Part shown: piece by piece, positions 48,402 to 61,032 of the stretch
Layout: the number at the start of each line of letters is the position of its first letter
Numbering within the stretch: position 1 is the stretch's first letter
NCBI RefSeq assembly: GCF_009914755.1
Contig: NC_060938.1
Length of the DNA: 64,000 nucleotides
Source: the human T2T-CHM13v2.0 reference genome, Homo sapiens
Strand: one strand, 5' to 3'
Position numbers and translations under genes: made by a program
The notes under the pieces: model-generated
The model's database searches: none
The model's input: the letters and a program-made list of their open reading frames with translations, nothing else
What the model was told of the DNA's origin: nothing

Positions 48402-49418
48402 TTACAATTTGGCATGATTTTGCAGCGGCTGGTACTGGTTGTTCCTTTCCATGTTTAGTGCTTCCTTCAGGAGCTCTTTTAGGGCAGGCCTGGTGGTGAC
48501 AAAATCTCTCAGCAGTTGCTTGTCTGTAAAGTATTTTATTTCTCCTTCATTTATGAAGCTTAGTTTGGCTGGATATGAAATTCTGGGTTGAAAATTCTTT
48601 TCTTTAAGAATGTTGAATATTGGCCCCCACTCTCTTCTGGCTTGTAGGGTTTCTGCGGAGAGATCCTCTGTTAGTCTGATGGGCTTCCCTTTGAGGGTAA
48701 CCCGACCTTTCTCTCTGGCTGCCCTTAACATTTTTTCCTTCATTTCAACTTTGGTGAATCTGACAATTATGTGTCTTGGAGTTGTTCTTCTCGAGGAGTG
48801 TCTTTGTGGCGTTCTCTGTATTTCCTGAATCTGAACGTTGGCCTGCCTTGCTAGATTGGGGAAGTTCTCCTGGATAATATCCTGCAGAGTGTTTTCCAAC
48901 TTGGTTCCATTCTCCTCATCACTTTCAGGTACACCAATCAGACGTAGATTTGGTCTTTTCACATAGTCCCATATTTCTTGGAGGCTTTGCTCATTTCTTT
49001 TTATTCTTTTTTCTCTAAACTTCCCTTCTCGCTTCATTTGATTCATTTCATCTTCCATTGCTGATACTCTTTCTTCCAGTTGATCGCATCGGCTCCCGAG
49101 GCTTCTGCATTCTTCACGTAGTTCTCGAGCCTTGGTTTTCAGCTCCATCAGCTCCTTTAAGCACTTCTCTGTATTGGTTATTCTAGTTATACATTCTTCT
49201 AAATTTTTTTCAAAGTTTTCATCTTCTTTGCCTTTGGTTTGAATTTCCTCCTGTAGGTCGGAGTAGTTTGATCGTCTGAAGCCTTCTTCTCTCAACTCAT
49301 CAAAGTCATTCTCCATCCAGCTTTGTTCCGTTGCTGGTGAGGAACTGCGTTCCTTTGGAGGAGGAGAGGCGCTCTGCTTTTTAGAGTTTCCAGTTTTTCT
49401 GTTCTGTTTTTTCCCCAT
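48402..49418 (-). CDS. L1 ORF1p, intact 338 aa
   Basis: MGKKQNRKTGNSK start; REKG, ARR and YPAKLS motifs retained; canonical length. Confidence 0.95.
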   Translation of the reverse strand: MGKKQNRKTGNSKKQSASPPPKERSSSPATEQSWMENDFDELREEGFRRSNYSDLQEEIQTKGKEDENFEKNLEECITRITNTEKCLKELMELKTKARELREECRSLGSRCDQLEERVSAMEDEMNQMKREGKFREKRIKRNEQSLQEIWDYVKRPNLRLIGVPESDEENGTKLENTLQDIIQENFPNLARQANVQIQEIQRTPQRHSSRRTTPRHIIVRFTKVEMKEKMLRAAREKGRVTLKGKPIRLTEDLSAETLQARREWGPIFNILKEKNFQPRISYPAKLSFINEGEIKYFTDKQLLRDFVTTRPALKELLKEALNMERNNQYQPLQNHAKL

Positions 49419-51944
49419 CTTTGTGGTTTTATCTACTTTTGGTCTTTGATGATGGTGATGTATAGAGTCTGTTTTTTTTTAAATAGAACTTTGTTTTTCT
49501 GTTCTGCTACCACTGCCCTCATCTCACATCCTCCCCCACCCGCCTTGCCAAGTAAGTTGCAAAAACAGTGGGAGGATCTTAAATAAAAAGACAAATCCAA
49601 ACCATGTGTATTAAAACATCAAAGGGGAACAAAGAACTGGCAGCAAGATTGTTGATATATCTATAACTTCAGAAAGTCCACAACCATCTCAAGATTTCAA
49701 CAACAGTAGTACTAACTTTAAAAGAAAAAAATTATGAAGTAGTTATGTGAGAAAGGTATCTACTATGATGCTCAAAGACTATTTAGATCTTGAAAGCATA
49801 ATAGGGGAATAAAAATGTCATTGGAAGTGATAAATTGCATAATTTACTCAGAAAAAAATTAGTTATAATAGAAATATATTTCCAAAGGAATATGAAGTCA
49901 CAGCTAAAGCATACAAAGATAGTGCTAAAGAAATTGATTTATTCATAAAACAATTCTTCATTGAGTACTTACTACTAAGCTCTGGGTCCTGGGGATACCA
50001 CAGTGAACAAAACCGTGAAAGCTGCTTCTCTTACATAGCTTATATCCTAGAGAGGGAAGATAGATGACAAACAATTTAAAATATATATATCAAATTTTAG
50101 GTAATAATGAGTGCTATAGGAAAAAATATCATGATAAGAGAAACATTATCCTTGGGTTGGGTACAAGGTTGCTATTCTGTATAGGGTTGTCAGTAAAGGC
50201 TTTGTTGGTAATGTGACCTTTGCACAGATAGCTGAAGGAAGTGAAGCAGCAAGCCATGTGGACACCGAAGGAAGAATGTATTAGCCAAAGTGATCAGTAA
50301 GTGCAAAGCCTGTGAGGCAGGAGCATGTGTGCCTGTTTGAGGAATGTCAAGGAGAGCTTACTCCTATAAAGTGAAAGGTATAAATACAGGAAGTGAGAGA
50401 TACAGAAAACATGTCGCGTAGGGCCTTGAGGTCATTGTAAGGATTTTACTATAAGGAAGAGGAGATGCATTTGGAGGGGTTTCAACAGGGGAATATCATA
50501 AGCCAATGTATGTTTTAACAGGGTCATTCTGGTTGCTATGTTGAAGATCAACTGTGGAGGGCAAGGGAAGAAGCAGAGAAATCCTCTAAGAGGTCATTGT
50601 AAAAGTTCAGGAAGGAGATGGTTGGCCTGGGTGGGGTGGAAATGGTGAAATTTTTGAAATACTTAAGAAGAATAGAAAGGTTCCTTGTGAGATGTGAGAA
50701 GAAGAGAAGCTGCAAAGATTACTCTAAGGTTTGTAATGAGATTGACTTAACAGATTTGCCATTTACTGAGATGGAGGAGACAATGGAAAGAATAGGTTTG
50801 GGTACTGGATATCCAAAGAGGAGATGTCTCTGCAAGCTGAAAATTCAAGAGAAATGCCAGGGTTTGAGGGAAAATGTGGGAACTGTCAATATATACATGA
50901 AATGTAAAGTTACAGGACTGTATGAGATCATAAAGGGATGGGTATAAATAGAGCAGGAAAGAGGTCCATTGGCTAAGTCTGTGGAATTCTAACACTCTGT
51001 GGAGTGGTTTCAAGAGAGAATAATAGGAGAGAAAGTGGAGACAGCCAGTGCATATAGATAGCTTCTTCAAGAAGTGTTTATAAAAAGGGAAGCATAGAGG
51101 TGGGATGCTAACTAGAAGGGGAAGTAGGGTAATTGTTTTTTCTTTTTATAATGGGAGATAGTATAGTATAATTACAGAATGATCTAGTAATGAGGAAACA
51201 TTTAATGACTTGGGAGTAGGAGGGGACATTTCCTAGTGTGATGTCCTTGAGTTGGTGAAAGGGGATGTGTCCTGGTATACAAGTTAGGGTTAGGAAGGAG
51301 CTAGGGGTTGGTTAGCTAGGAGTATGTATGATTCTTTTACAGTAACAGGAAGAAAGTCAGAGTACAGTAAAGGGGAGATGTGATAGAATGATAGGGAAGT
51401 TCTCACCGTGAAGTTTCTCTCTGAAATACATAGCATATTGTCAGGTCCAGGGTCAGGTTCCAGCCCATGCTGAGGTCTGAAGAGAGGGGGTGGATGGGTG
51501 GAAAATAGCTTAAAGAACACTTGGGGGACCATAGGTAGGTGAGATATGGCTTTATTCAGCAGCTCTCTTACACTGTCTGTCTCTGTCTCGGCTGCTTGCT
51601 CCAGCCGCTCCCACGCACAGCTGCACGGCTGGCTCTCCCTTCAGGGTCAGCAGCTTAACTCTTTCCCTTTGGGTGCAGGCAAACTGAGCTGTGTCCTGAC
51701 TCTCCCCTGTCTGTCTGCAAGACCAACAGCTCTGGCTCTCTCTCTCTCTCTCTTTCTCTGGGCATGAGCCTGCCAGTACGTCAGCAGGGCAATTATACCT
51801 TTTACAGACAATAGTGGCTTAGAGCCAAATGATGAGCCTCACCATGTTATGGCTACATAGTGTGCGCCTGTGCTCCAATCCTACTGAGTCATGCAGGGTG
51901 TTCACCTTGCCTATGCCTGCTGGGCTGCAGCACAGCCATGTTTC

Positions 51945-53110
51945 TTACACTCCACCTGCTACTGGGGGAGTCCTTTTAGTGGGGACCCATGCACATAGGG
52001 CAGCACCCTGGACCCATAGACCACAGCAACAATACAGGGAGCAACAACCTAATAATAATATTCCTGCTATGGTACTTATGATTATGAGAGCCCAACATAG
52101 ATTAGAGTCCAGAGATGCCCACCATCTCTGCAGGGGGTCATCAGTAAGGTGTTTAATCACCTTAGCCTCCTCTGTCACCCCTTGTAAAGCTGCTGTTATG
52201 TTCTGGTGGTTATCAGGAATAAATGTACAACATTGTGTCCCTATAAGGGCACAGGTGCCACCTTGGGCAGCTGTTAGTATGTCTGAGGCCATCCAGTTTT
52301 GCAGCACTACCTTCCTGATCTGATCAACCTTATCAGTTAGCAAACGGAAAGCAACTTGGGTATAATTCAGGACCCAAGCTGTGTGCTCTGCAAGGGCTGT
52401 AACTTGCATTTCTACAGTAATGACACCTGCTCCAGGGATAGTTATTGCTAAGGGGTAGAGCCACCAGGGGGCCCGCTGTACTCACAAAAACCAGGAATGT
52501 GGCATCTCTGTTATATGGGTGACTAGGCAATGTGGGACGCACAGTGGCAGGCACATAAGGGCACCCCCAGGTACAATGTCCAGTCCAATTGGCTGGCAGA
52601 TATGGCCATCCTGTGTCCCCACAGACCCATAAACTCCCATGGGGCACAAAGCCTGGGGCCCGGCCTTGATAAGGCCACTTGTTCCACCACATCCTCGGTG
52701 TGGTAACATGTGTTATGTTTACACAAACCTCAGCAGGCAATCATCCCACAGTGACTTTACCGCCAGTGTTGCTCTATACATTGTGGTACCTGCAATGGGG
52801 GCATCACGTGTTCTCCCCTTAGCCAGCACTATTCATCATGGACACTACTAGTCAGCCAGGGGACAGGCTTACCATGGGTTTTGTGACATTCCCTATCCAA
52901 AGTTCACCGTGTTACATCCCAACCATTGTCCATGGGACCCCAAGTTTCCAGCCATGTCCAGTTCTTCACAGAAGCTGAATTCATGTACCAGGGCAAGCTG
53001 TCTGCAGCTGCCGCTGGAAGAGTGGTGCAGATCCAACAGCTGGAGACATTGATCACCTTGGCGTAAGTGTGGGCCCAGTCCATGATGCTGTTGGGGCATG
53101 TCAACCTACA
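51945..53110 (-). pseudogene. HERV-S env: SU broken, TM subunit (51945-52472) open
   Basis: SU CWIC motif (52904-53104) and GSLWVCG...YLPANWTGHCTWG (52333-52740). TM has ISD-like LQNWMASDILTAAQGGTC, CX6CC (CALIGTQCC) and a hydrophobic anchor. Confidence 0.9.
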
Positions 53111-53579
53111 GCCGAAATGACAAAGCAGGCACAGGTACTAACAAGGATAAATTATGTCCCTCAGGCAAAATACAGCCTAAGTTTTCATCTCTGGATAACA
53201 ATGCGGCTGCCAAGGGCTTCTGCCCTGTGCGATGGTACCACAGCTTATCAGCTTCCCATGGTTCTTTTGGGTTCTGTACGCATGGCAGAGTCACAGGAGA
53301 GCTCACGATAGGCCACACAGAAAGTACATATGTCCCCCAGAAGAAGGTCCCTTCCCTGGCTGTTCCTCTACAAACAGTTAATTGTGTAGACTACACATTA
53401 AATACCCAAGAAGTAACATGTAAGTCATACTGCAGACCCTCCCTCTAGGGGGCTTTGATAGCCAGCCATCTTCAGTGAGGGGCTTGGAGGGTCCATGGGC
53501 AACACCAAATTTTTTTTTCTTTGTTTCCCTACCTTTAGGGGTATCGGGGCAGGCAATAACAGAGTTCGTCCCCATACAC

Positions 53580-54830
53580 CTGGTTGGAGAAGGTCATTCT
53601 TGCTCTCATAGATCTGGCCACATGGCCTGGCTCTACATGGTCTATGACTAACTAGCTAATTCTGTAACTTTCAGGTAATTAACCACAAGGTTAAGCCTTG
53701 ATAAACTGCCCAGCTATTGACATAGATTACCATAGGTGTCACCTCCTTGGTGATTGCCATCCACACTGCTCTAAGTTTAGCTCATTGGCTGCTTTGTCCA
53801 ACACTTGGTATCAAACCATGTAGTGTCAGTACTAGGCTGGACTGCAGCAGCAACCCAGGCAGCAGCAGTACTATGGCTAGACCTGTCTGTATACTATGCT
53901 CCATCAGGAATGGGGAGGTAGCTCAGGTCCCACGGCCTTATCTTGCATTAGGACTATAGGCTTCAAGACCTCTTGTAACTCTGCTACTAAGGGACTTGCA
54001 CTCAGTGTACTTTGCTGCTCCAAGTAGGCACCCCACTTTGCTCAATTGGATGTCTGTGCCATCCCAGTCTGCAGGGTTGTTACCCATGAACGTACCTACC
54101 CTGCTGTTGGGTAAGTCATCTACGTGATGACTGTAGCCTGTCTTGCCATGTTCTTATGAGCCTGAAGGGCAGCATATGCAGTTACTGACTGTTTTCCCAG
54201 TCCGGGGGGTTGTTATCCATGAATGCACCCATTTTGCTATTACTAACTGCTTTTCTATCAAGGAATACCAGAGCTCAGCTCCCTTCCATAGTTGGGACCA
54301 AAAACCTACTGGCATATTCAGGTGCCCTGTGTGCTGCTATAGGCCCTAACTGAAACTATCTGTGGTCACATGCACATCAAGTTCAAATGGGCACTCCTGG
54401 CTAACTACCCGTAAGGCTTTGTGCCTGCTAAGTATCCCGCTTGGGTACCAGAAAGACTGTCTCAGCTGCATCATCTCAATCCCAGGCAAGAGGGGAATTG
54501 CCATTTCTAAACCTGCAAGAGAATCAGAGGTTAGCATAACATCATTAACAAGACCATGACATATGATGGTGCTATGCATATAGCGCTGCAGGAACACTGT
54601 GAAAGTCCATTGTCGCCCTCCCATAAAGGCAAACTGTTCTTGGCTCTCTGGAGCAATGTTAATGGAGAATAATGCATTAGCTAAGTCTACCACAAAGTGA
54701 TACTGTTCCAATTTCATTGTCAAGTGGTCCATCAAATAAATGATGGAGGATACAGCTACATGCAGAGGGGGTGGTACTTTATTCAGTTCCTGATAATCCA
54801 CTGTCATCTGCCAAATCCAATTAGGCTTTC
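53580..54830 (-). pseudogene. HERV-S pol remnants (RT and RNase H), heavily deleted
   Basis: 54346-54807 encodes TVDYQELN...VVDLANALFSI...QEQFAF...WTFTVFLQRYMHS. CHGLV is followed directly by NDVML, so the segment before YxDD is missing. No integrase core was recognised. Confidence 0.85.
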
Positions 54831-55358
54831 TGACTGGCCATACTGGGAAATTATAGGGGTATGGGTGCTACACACAATTTGCACCTCCTCTAACTTCTTA
54901 ATAGTCTCAGTTATCTCCATATGCCCCCTGGCAAATGGTATTGACAAGTGGAGGTAACTCATAAGGGTTGTGGCAGAACTTGGGGCTGGTGATGTGTATG
55001 CCCATGCAGTACCAGCTTTACTACATGAACTCAGAGTCTGAATTCTCTGGCTGTGGTGTGTAAGTCCATGCAAAATGTCTGCCCCTAGAATATAGTCAGG
55101 TATGGGAGAGACATACACAGCATATAGGCGGGCAGCCAAGTGGCCATTGCCAAGATGCAGAGACACAGATTTCACTTTCACTGACTGGCCCTCATAACCA
55201 TCAATAAATGCAGCTTTGTCCGGAAACCTACCCAGGTTCCCATAAACAAGACTGCAGTCTGCACCAGTATCTACCAGTGCTAGGACCCACTGTACATTAG
55301 TTGGGGACCAGAGGATTGCCAGCTCCACATATGGCCTCTGGTCATCTGGTTCCCTCAC
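54804..55358 (-). pseudogene. HERV-S aspartic protease region
   Basis: ALVDTGADCSL active-site motif and YILGADIL C-terminal motif in one open frame. Confidence 0.85.
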
Positions 55359-55382
55359 AAGCCGGGCATCTCGGCCGGTTCC

Positions 55383-56750
55383 CTAATCAAACAGGAATGG
55401 CCCTGCATCTTTGTCTGTCTGCAAATAGTCCTTGAGTTGAAGTGTCCAGGTGGGGCTGGTTTGAGCAACATTGTTTTGCCCCCTCTTGGGCATTTTCCAG
55501 AATTGCTGCTCCAGGGAAAGTTGCCTCCACAGAGCCAATAGCATTGCATTGGGTTGCCTGTCAATTTTCTCCTGAGCAACCCTAGCTGCAATTAAATCAA
55601 TCCACATCTGCATGTGGGTCACCTGCTGGGACCCCTTTTTATCTCATGGGGTGGTTACCTGTGGATGAGGAGTGTTCACCTTCTTTATGGTACAAACTCC
55701 CCAGTCCTGCCAATGGCCTTCTGTCTCCCCGAGAGTTGCCATAGTAATAGTCACTTCATGTATGCAGCCCTCCACATACAGGGTGAGAACAGTGGCTAGA
55801 GAGGCAAAAGCACTCAGTGGGGCTGAGCCCAGCATAAGATCCCTCATGTGGGAGACAAAGTGTTCATCATCTGGCCCCAGGTATTTGGATCAAACATAGC
55901 CTGCCGCATACCCAGCTCATGGGGTACTTGCACCAAATCAGTGCTATGTACCCCATAGATATGACTGCTATCTACTGACAGTTTTTGCTATTTCACGTGC
56001 ATCAGTTCAGACTGTAATTAAAGAAGCCAGCTTTTTCATCTTGGAGGCGGAGCAGGAAACGTGTCAGCTCCTTCATCGCAGAGATGGAGCATTCAGGCAG
56101 AGAGGGGCTCCCCTGGATGTTGCTGGCATTGCTTACCTAACTTCCACAACTCAGTGGGGGTGTAAGCACAATAAGAGGTGTGTTCCACCACTGTGAGGGG
56201 TCCCTGGGCTCTCCCCTGGGGTCCCATCAGATGCTCATGTTCTATCTTCTGACAGATCACGGGGTGAGCCCGCAGCTGGGGAGCCTCCTCCTCCTCCTCA
56301 GCATCAGACCTAACAGGTGTTTCCAGCCGGGAGGATGGGCTCAAGGTCGCACTCACAGCTGTTGCTAACTCCTGTTCTGGACTGTTTCTCTGGGCCTCTA
56401 AGTACCCTGCTTATGCCTAGAGGTCCTTCACTCCCAGGTTTTGCTCCAAGCTGTGAATTTGGGCCCCCAGACATGTGGCTTGTGCCTGGAGGTTCCTTAC
56501 CTGGGAAGCCTCTGGTAGAGACTGGCAGTGCCATCAAAAACAACCATTCAACTGTGCCAGTGAAGGTGCGTTCCTTCTCAGTGCTGCATGCTTCCAGCTG
56601 CTTCAGTACTTTCTCTATACTCTCGGTAGACCTGTCCACCGCCTCCCACATTTCCACTGGGGCCTATCCTAGCAGTACCACTTCCACTGGGTACCACAGC
56701 CAGTGCTGCGCTACACAGCTGACCTGGGAGCCCTCAGTGGCTGAAGACCT
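55383..56750 (-). pseudogene. HERV-S gag remnants
   Basis: Fragmented ERVL-like gag frames (56310-56657, 56093-56356 YTPTELWKLGKQCQQHPGEP, 55644-55847, 55383-55622 QMWIDLIAA...KIDRQP) between PBS and protease. Confidence 0.75.
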
Positions 56751-56759
56751 ACTCATCTC

Positions 56760-56777
56760 ATCCTGCCGACTATGCCA
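56760..56777 (-). promoter_or_regulatory. Primer binding site, tRNA-Ser
   Basis: Plus strand ATCCTGCCGACTATGCCA matches the recalled tRNA-Ser 3' end ATCCTGCCGACTACGCCA at 17/18; 2 nt from the 5' LTR. Confidence 0.88.
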
Positions 56778-57638
56778 ATTTTCAGGTCTAGGGTCAGGTT
56801 TCAGCCCATGCTGAGGTCCACAGGGAGTGGGTGGATGGGTGGCAGATAGCTGAAAGAATGTATGTAGATGAAATATGGCTTTATTCAGCAGCTCTTTTAC
56901 ACTGTTTTTACTATCTCGGCTGCTTCCTCCGGCCACTCCCATGTACAGCTGCATGGCTAGCTCTCCCTTCAGGGTTAGCAGCTCAACTCTTTCCCTCTGG
57001 GCACAAGCAAGCTGAGCTGTGTCCTGGCACCCCCCTGTCCACTTGCAAGACCAACATCTCTGACTCTTTCTCTGGGTGTGAGTGTGCCTGTACAGTGTCA
57101 GCAGGGAAATTATACCTTTTACAGACAATAGTGGCTTACAGCCAAATGATGAGCCTTCCCATGTTATGGCTACATAGTGTGCGCCTGTGCTACAATCCCG
57201 CTGAGTCATGCAGGATGTTTACCTTGCCTATGTCTGCTTGGCTGCAGCGCAGCCATGTTCCTTACACAAGGTCATGAACTGATTTATGTAGAGAAGGAAA
57301 GAAGTTTAAGGTGAGAAGAGGAGTGATCAGTGGAGTAGAGAAATGCAGTAGGGTTCCCTACTTGAGGTCAGGCATCAATAATTTAAATAGAGATCAATCA
57401 GCGGGTTTATGTGCTTTTCTCTACCTTCATTTAGCTACAGGTGCAGAGTAGCTCACAGTTTACATCACAAATGGATTCAGGATTAGAGGACAAGAAGGTT
57501 GAGGGTATATGGTAGGGATTGATTATAATAGTTTACGGCAGCTAAGATAGGTATAGGGGGAAGGGAAGCAATGAATAAAAACATGATCTATGGTTATGGC
57601 TAAAAACATGGCCTCGGGTAGGTCCACAAGAGTGTTTA

Positions 57639-57953
<315 letters not shown>

Positions 57954-58361
57954 TTAACTGAAGTAGAGTGGAGAACAAGATTGGGAAGCAGAGGCTAATG
58001 AACTGAAAAGCTAGAGGTTAGAAGAATTATCACCCTGGACATTGAAATTGCCAAGTAATGTGTCAGAAATATTATGAAAAAGTGATAGTGGCCAGGTGCT
58101 AATATTCTTCAAGACATGTTAGGGATGATTCAGGGGTCTGTAAATGGCTACAAAAAGGAAGGGTAGAAAGTAGTGGAGTCTGAGACATGATTTTCAAGAC
58201 AGGGATTTTTAAAGAAAGTAGGGACCATGTTAGAGAAGTGGTACTGAAGAGGAAGCTGAACATTTATCCACATTCTAGACACAGGTACAAGGACTGTGGG
58301 AAAGAAATCAGCTGTCATCTGAGAGGGCTGAAGGGAAAGCAGTAGCCTCAGGAAAAAGATA

Positions 58362-58753
<392 letters not shown>

Positions 58754-59237
58754 TGATAGTGGCCTGTCAATTCCAGAGGGAATAGTTGAAAGGTTTTGAA
58801 AATTGGGGAAAGGAAGACATGGAATCCAATTAAGAGATGTACAGCTCTATAAGGAGATGAAAGTGTGGGGAGATGATCTTGGGCTCCAGAAGATGACTTA
58901 CATAAATGGAGATATTGGAAATGATGGCATTGGTCATTGTGGTCTCAAAGTGAAGCACAACGGTGAGGATCTGAGCATTGAGGTGGCAAGGTCAGGATAT
59001 GACAAGGTTGTGTGGAGCTCTGGGGCACATTTGGAAAATTTGTTAGCAAAGCCATCAAGGCTTAGAGTTTCTTTGTTGGAAGGTTTTCAATTATGGATTC
59101 AATTTCTTTGCTAGATCTAGGACTCTTCAGATTTTCAATTTCTTCTTTTGTCAGTTTTGGTAAGTTGTATTTTTCAAAGAATTTGTCCATTTTATCTCAT
59201 TTTTCAAATTTGTTGGCATTAAGTTATTAATAATAGC

Positions 59238-60065
59238 TTTTTTTTTTTTTTTGAGATAGGGTCTCACTCTCTCACCCAGGCTGGAGTGCAGTGGCACCAT
59301 CTTGGTGCAATGCAACCTCCGCCTCCCAGGTTCAAGCAATTCTCCTGACTCAGCCTCCTGAGTAGCTAGGGAGTTTTTGTATTTTTGTGTTTTTAGTAGA
59401 ATCAGGGTTTCATCACTTTGGCCAGGGTGGTCTTGAACTCCTGACCCCAGGTGATCCACCTGCCTTGACCTCCCAAAGTGCTGGGCTTACAGACGTGAGC
59501 CATCGTGCCTAGCTATATCATTTTTTAAACCCCTTACTTATATATAGTATATGCCCAGTAAATATTTATTGAATGAATGTTGTTCACTAATATAAAGTCA
59601 GAAAAATGTTCGATCTGCCAGTAAGTAATTTAGTGTTGATAATTTAGGTTTACCTTGTAAAATTGCTTAGGTTTATAGAAAAGGAAACACAAAAGATGGA
59701 ATGGAATATAATTTCTATTCAAGATCACATAATTTATATTTCTTAATATCGTCTATTATGTTTATACATTTCAGTTGCATAAAATAAACAGAAAACTCTT
59801 TAGATTTGAATATTACAGATCTTTAAATGGAATTTTTGAAAAATATTTTGGAAAATACTGTCCTTGCATTTAGGGAGGGTACCTCACATTTAGAATTGTT
59901 CAAAAGTTAAATTCTGGTGTAGTTCTAGTAATTCTAATCACATATTAGAACTACTTATGACTCTTTGAATGAGAGTCAGTATTAACTACAAGAATGTGCC
60001 ACCACACCCGGCTAAGTTTTTTATTTTTAGTAGAGATGGGGTTTCACCATGTTGGCCAGGCTGGA
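59238..60065 (-). mobile_element. 5'-truncated Alu split into 59238-59372 and 59985-60065 by a templated insertion
   Basis: ...GAGTAGCTAGGGA | ACTACAAGAATGTGCCACCACACCCGGCTAA... reads as contiguous Alu consensus once the insert is removed. Confidence 0.85.
59381..59915 (+). repeat. ~535-bp direct duplicate of 61211-61740
   Basis: Near-identical Alu left arm plus flanking non-Alu sequence; shares private variants (AGTAGAATC, GGCCAGGGTGG, TACAGACGTGAG); one extra ATGGA. Confidence 0.97.
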
Positions 60066-61032
60066 TCTTTTTAATGTCTGTAGATTTAATAGTAATCTGT
60101 TTTTTTAAAATTTATTTAATTAACATTTTTCTCTTTATTTGATCAGTGTTACTAGCACTTTATCAATTTGATTGACCTTTTCAAAGAATCAAATTTTGTC
60201 TTTGTTATTTCTATTACATGTATGTTTTCTCTTTCATTAACTTTGCTATTTTATTTTATTATTTCCTTCTTTCTCCTTTGTTTGGGTTTAATTTGTTGTT
60301 CTTTTGCTTGATTATAGAGTTCTATTACAGATTTACAACCTTGCTTTTTTCTCATAAATGTGTTTAGAACTATATAATTTTCCCTAAGTACTGCTTTGGC
60401 TGCATTCCATGTTTTTATATTTCATGTTTTCATTATCATTCTGATCAAAATATTTTCTAATTTTCCCCTTGATTACTTGTTTAATTTATGGGTTATTTAA
60501 AAATATGTTACTTAATTTCTGAACATTGGAGATTTTAGGTTTTTTTTTTGTTATTGAGTTCTGATTTAATTTCACAACATGGATAGTGTATACTATATGA
60601 TGTATTAATATATGTATATTGACTATATTGACAATATACATCAATCCTTTGGTTATTTTGCATGATATTTTTTAAAAAACTAATTGGAGATATGTCTTAT
60701 GAGTAGAAGGCATAAGAATTAGTGATGGATTATTGGGATGAGGGTGAGGCAGATAAGGAGGTCAATACTAGGTCATATTTTGTGTTTTTTACGGTCCTTG
60801 ACACTTGTGATCATATATTAGAATTACCTATGACTCTTTGAATGAGAATCAGTATTTACAAAACCTACTGGCCATGAAATTCCCCAAGTACTTTGGGAAA
60901 TGCCTACTAGACCCTTTCTTTTACATGTAGGGAGGGTATCTTATATTTATAATAGTTCATATATTAAATTCCAGTTATGAAAACTTGTATTTAAAGCAAT
61001 TTGCTTTTTCCTTTAGGGCACAGTTTATGTTA

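Larger units (their letters stand above)
51439..57266 (-). mobile_element. HERV-S (LTR18/HERVL18-type, class III) provirus, ~5.8 kb, internally deleted: 3' LTR 51439-51949, 5' LTR 56780-57266
   Basis: Two homologous LTRs starting TGTAAG(G/A)AACATGGCTG on the minus strand; tRNA-Ser PBS; gag-pro-pol-env order seen in ORF fragments. Confidence 0.9.
59040..60580 (-). mobile_element. Old L1 (L1M-type) ORF2 fragment: 59040-59237 and 60066-60580
   Basis: AAAGAATTTGTCCATTTTATC...CAAATTTGTTGGCAT; resumes TCTTTTTAATGTCTGTAG...TTCCCTAAGTACTGCTTTGGCTGCATTCCA. Confidence 0.75.

Noticed and set aside
51829-52323. 164-aa antisense ORF over HERV-S env/LTR (and 56831-57277 in the other LTR)
   Set aside because: Shadow frames of env and GC-rich LTR sequence; no domain, and the two LTR copies do not preserve a common ORF.
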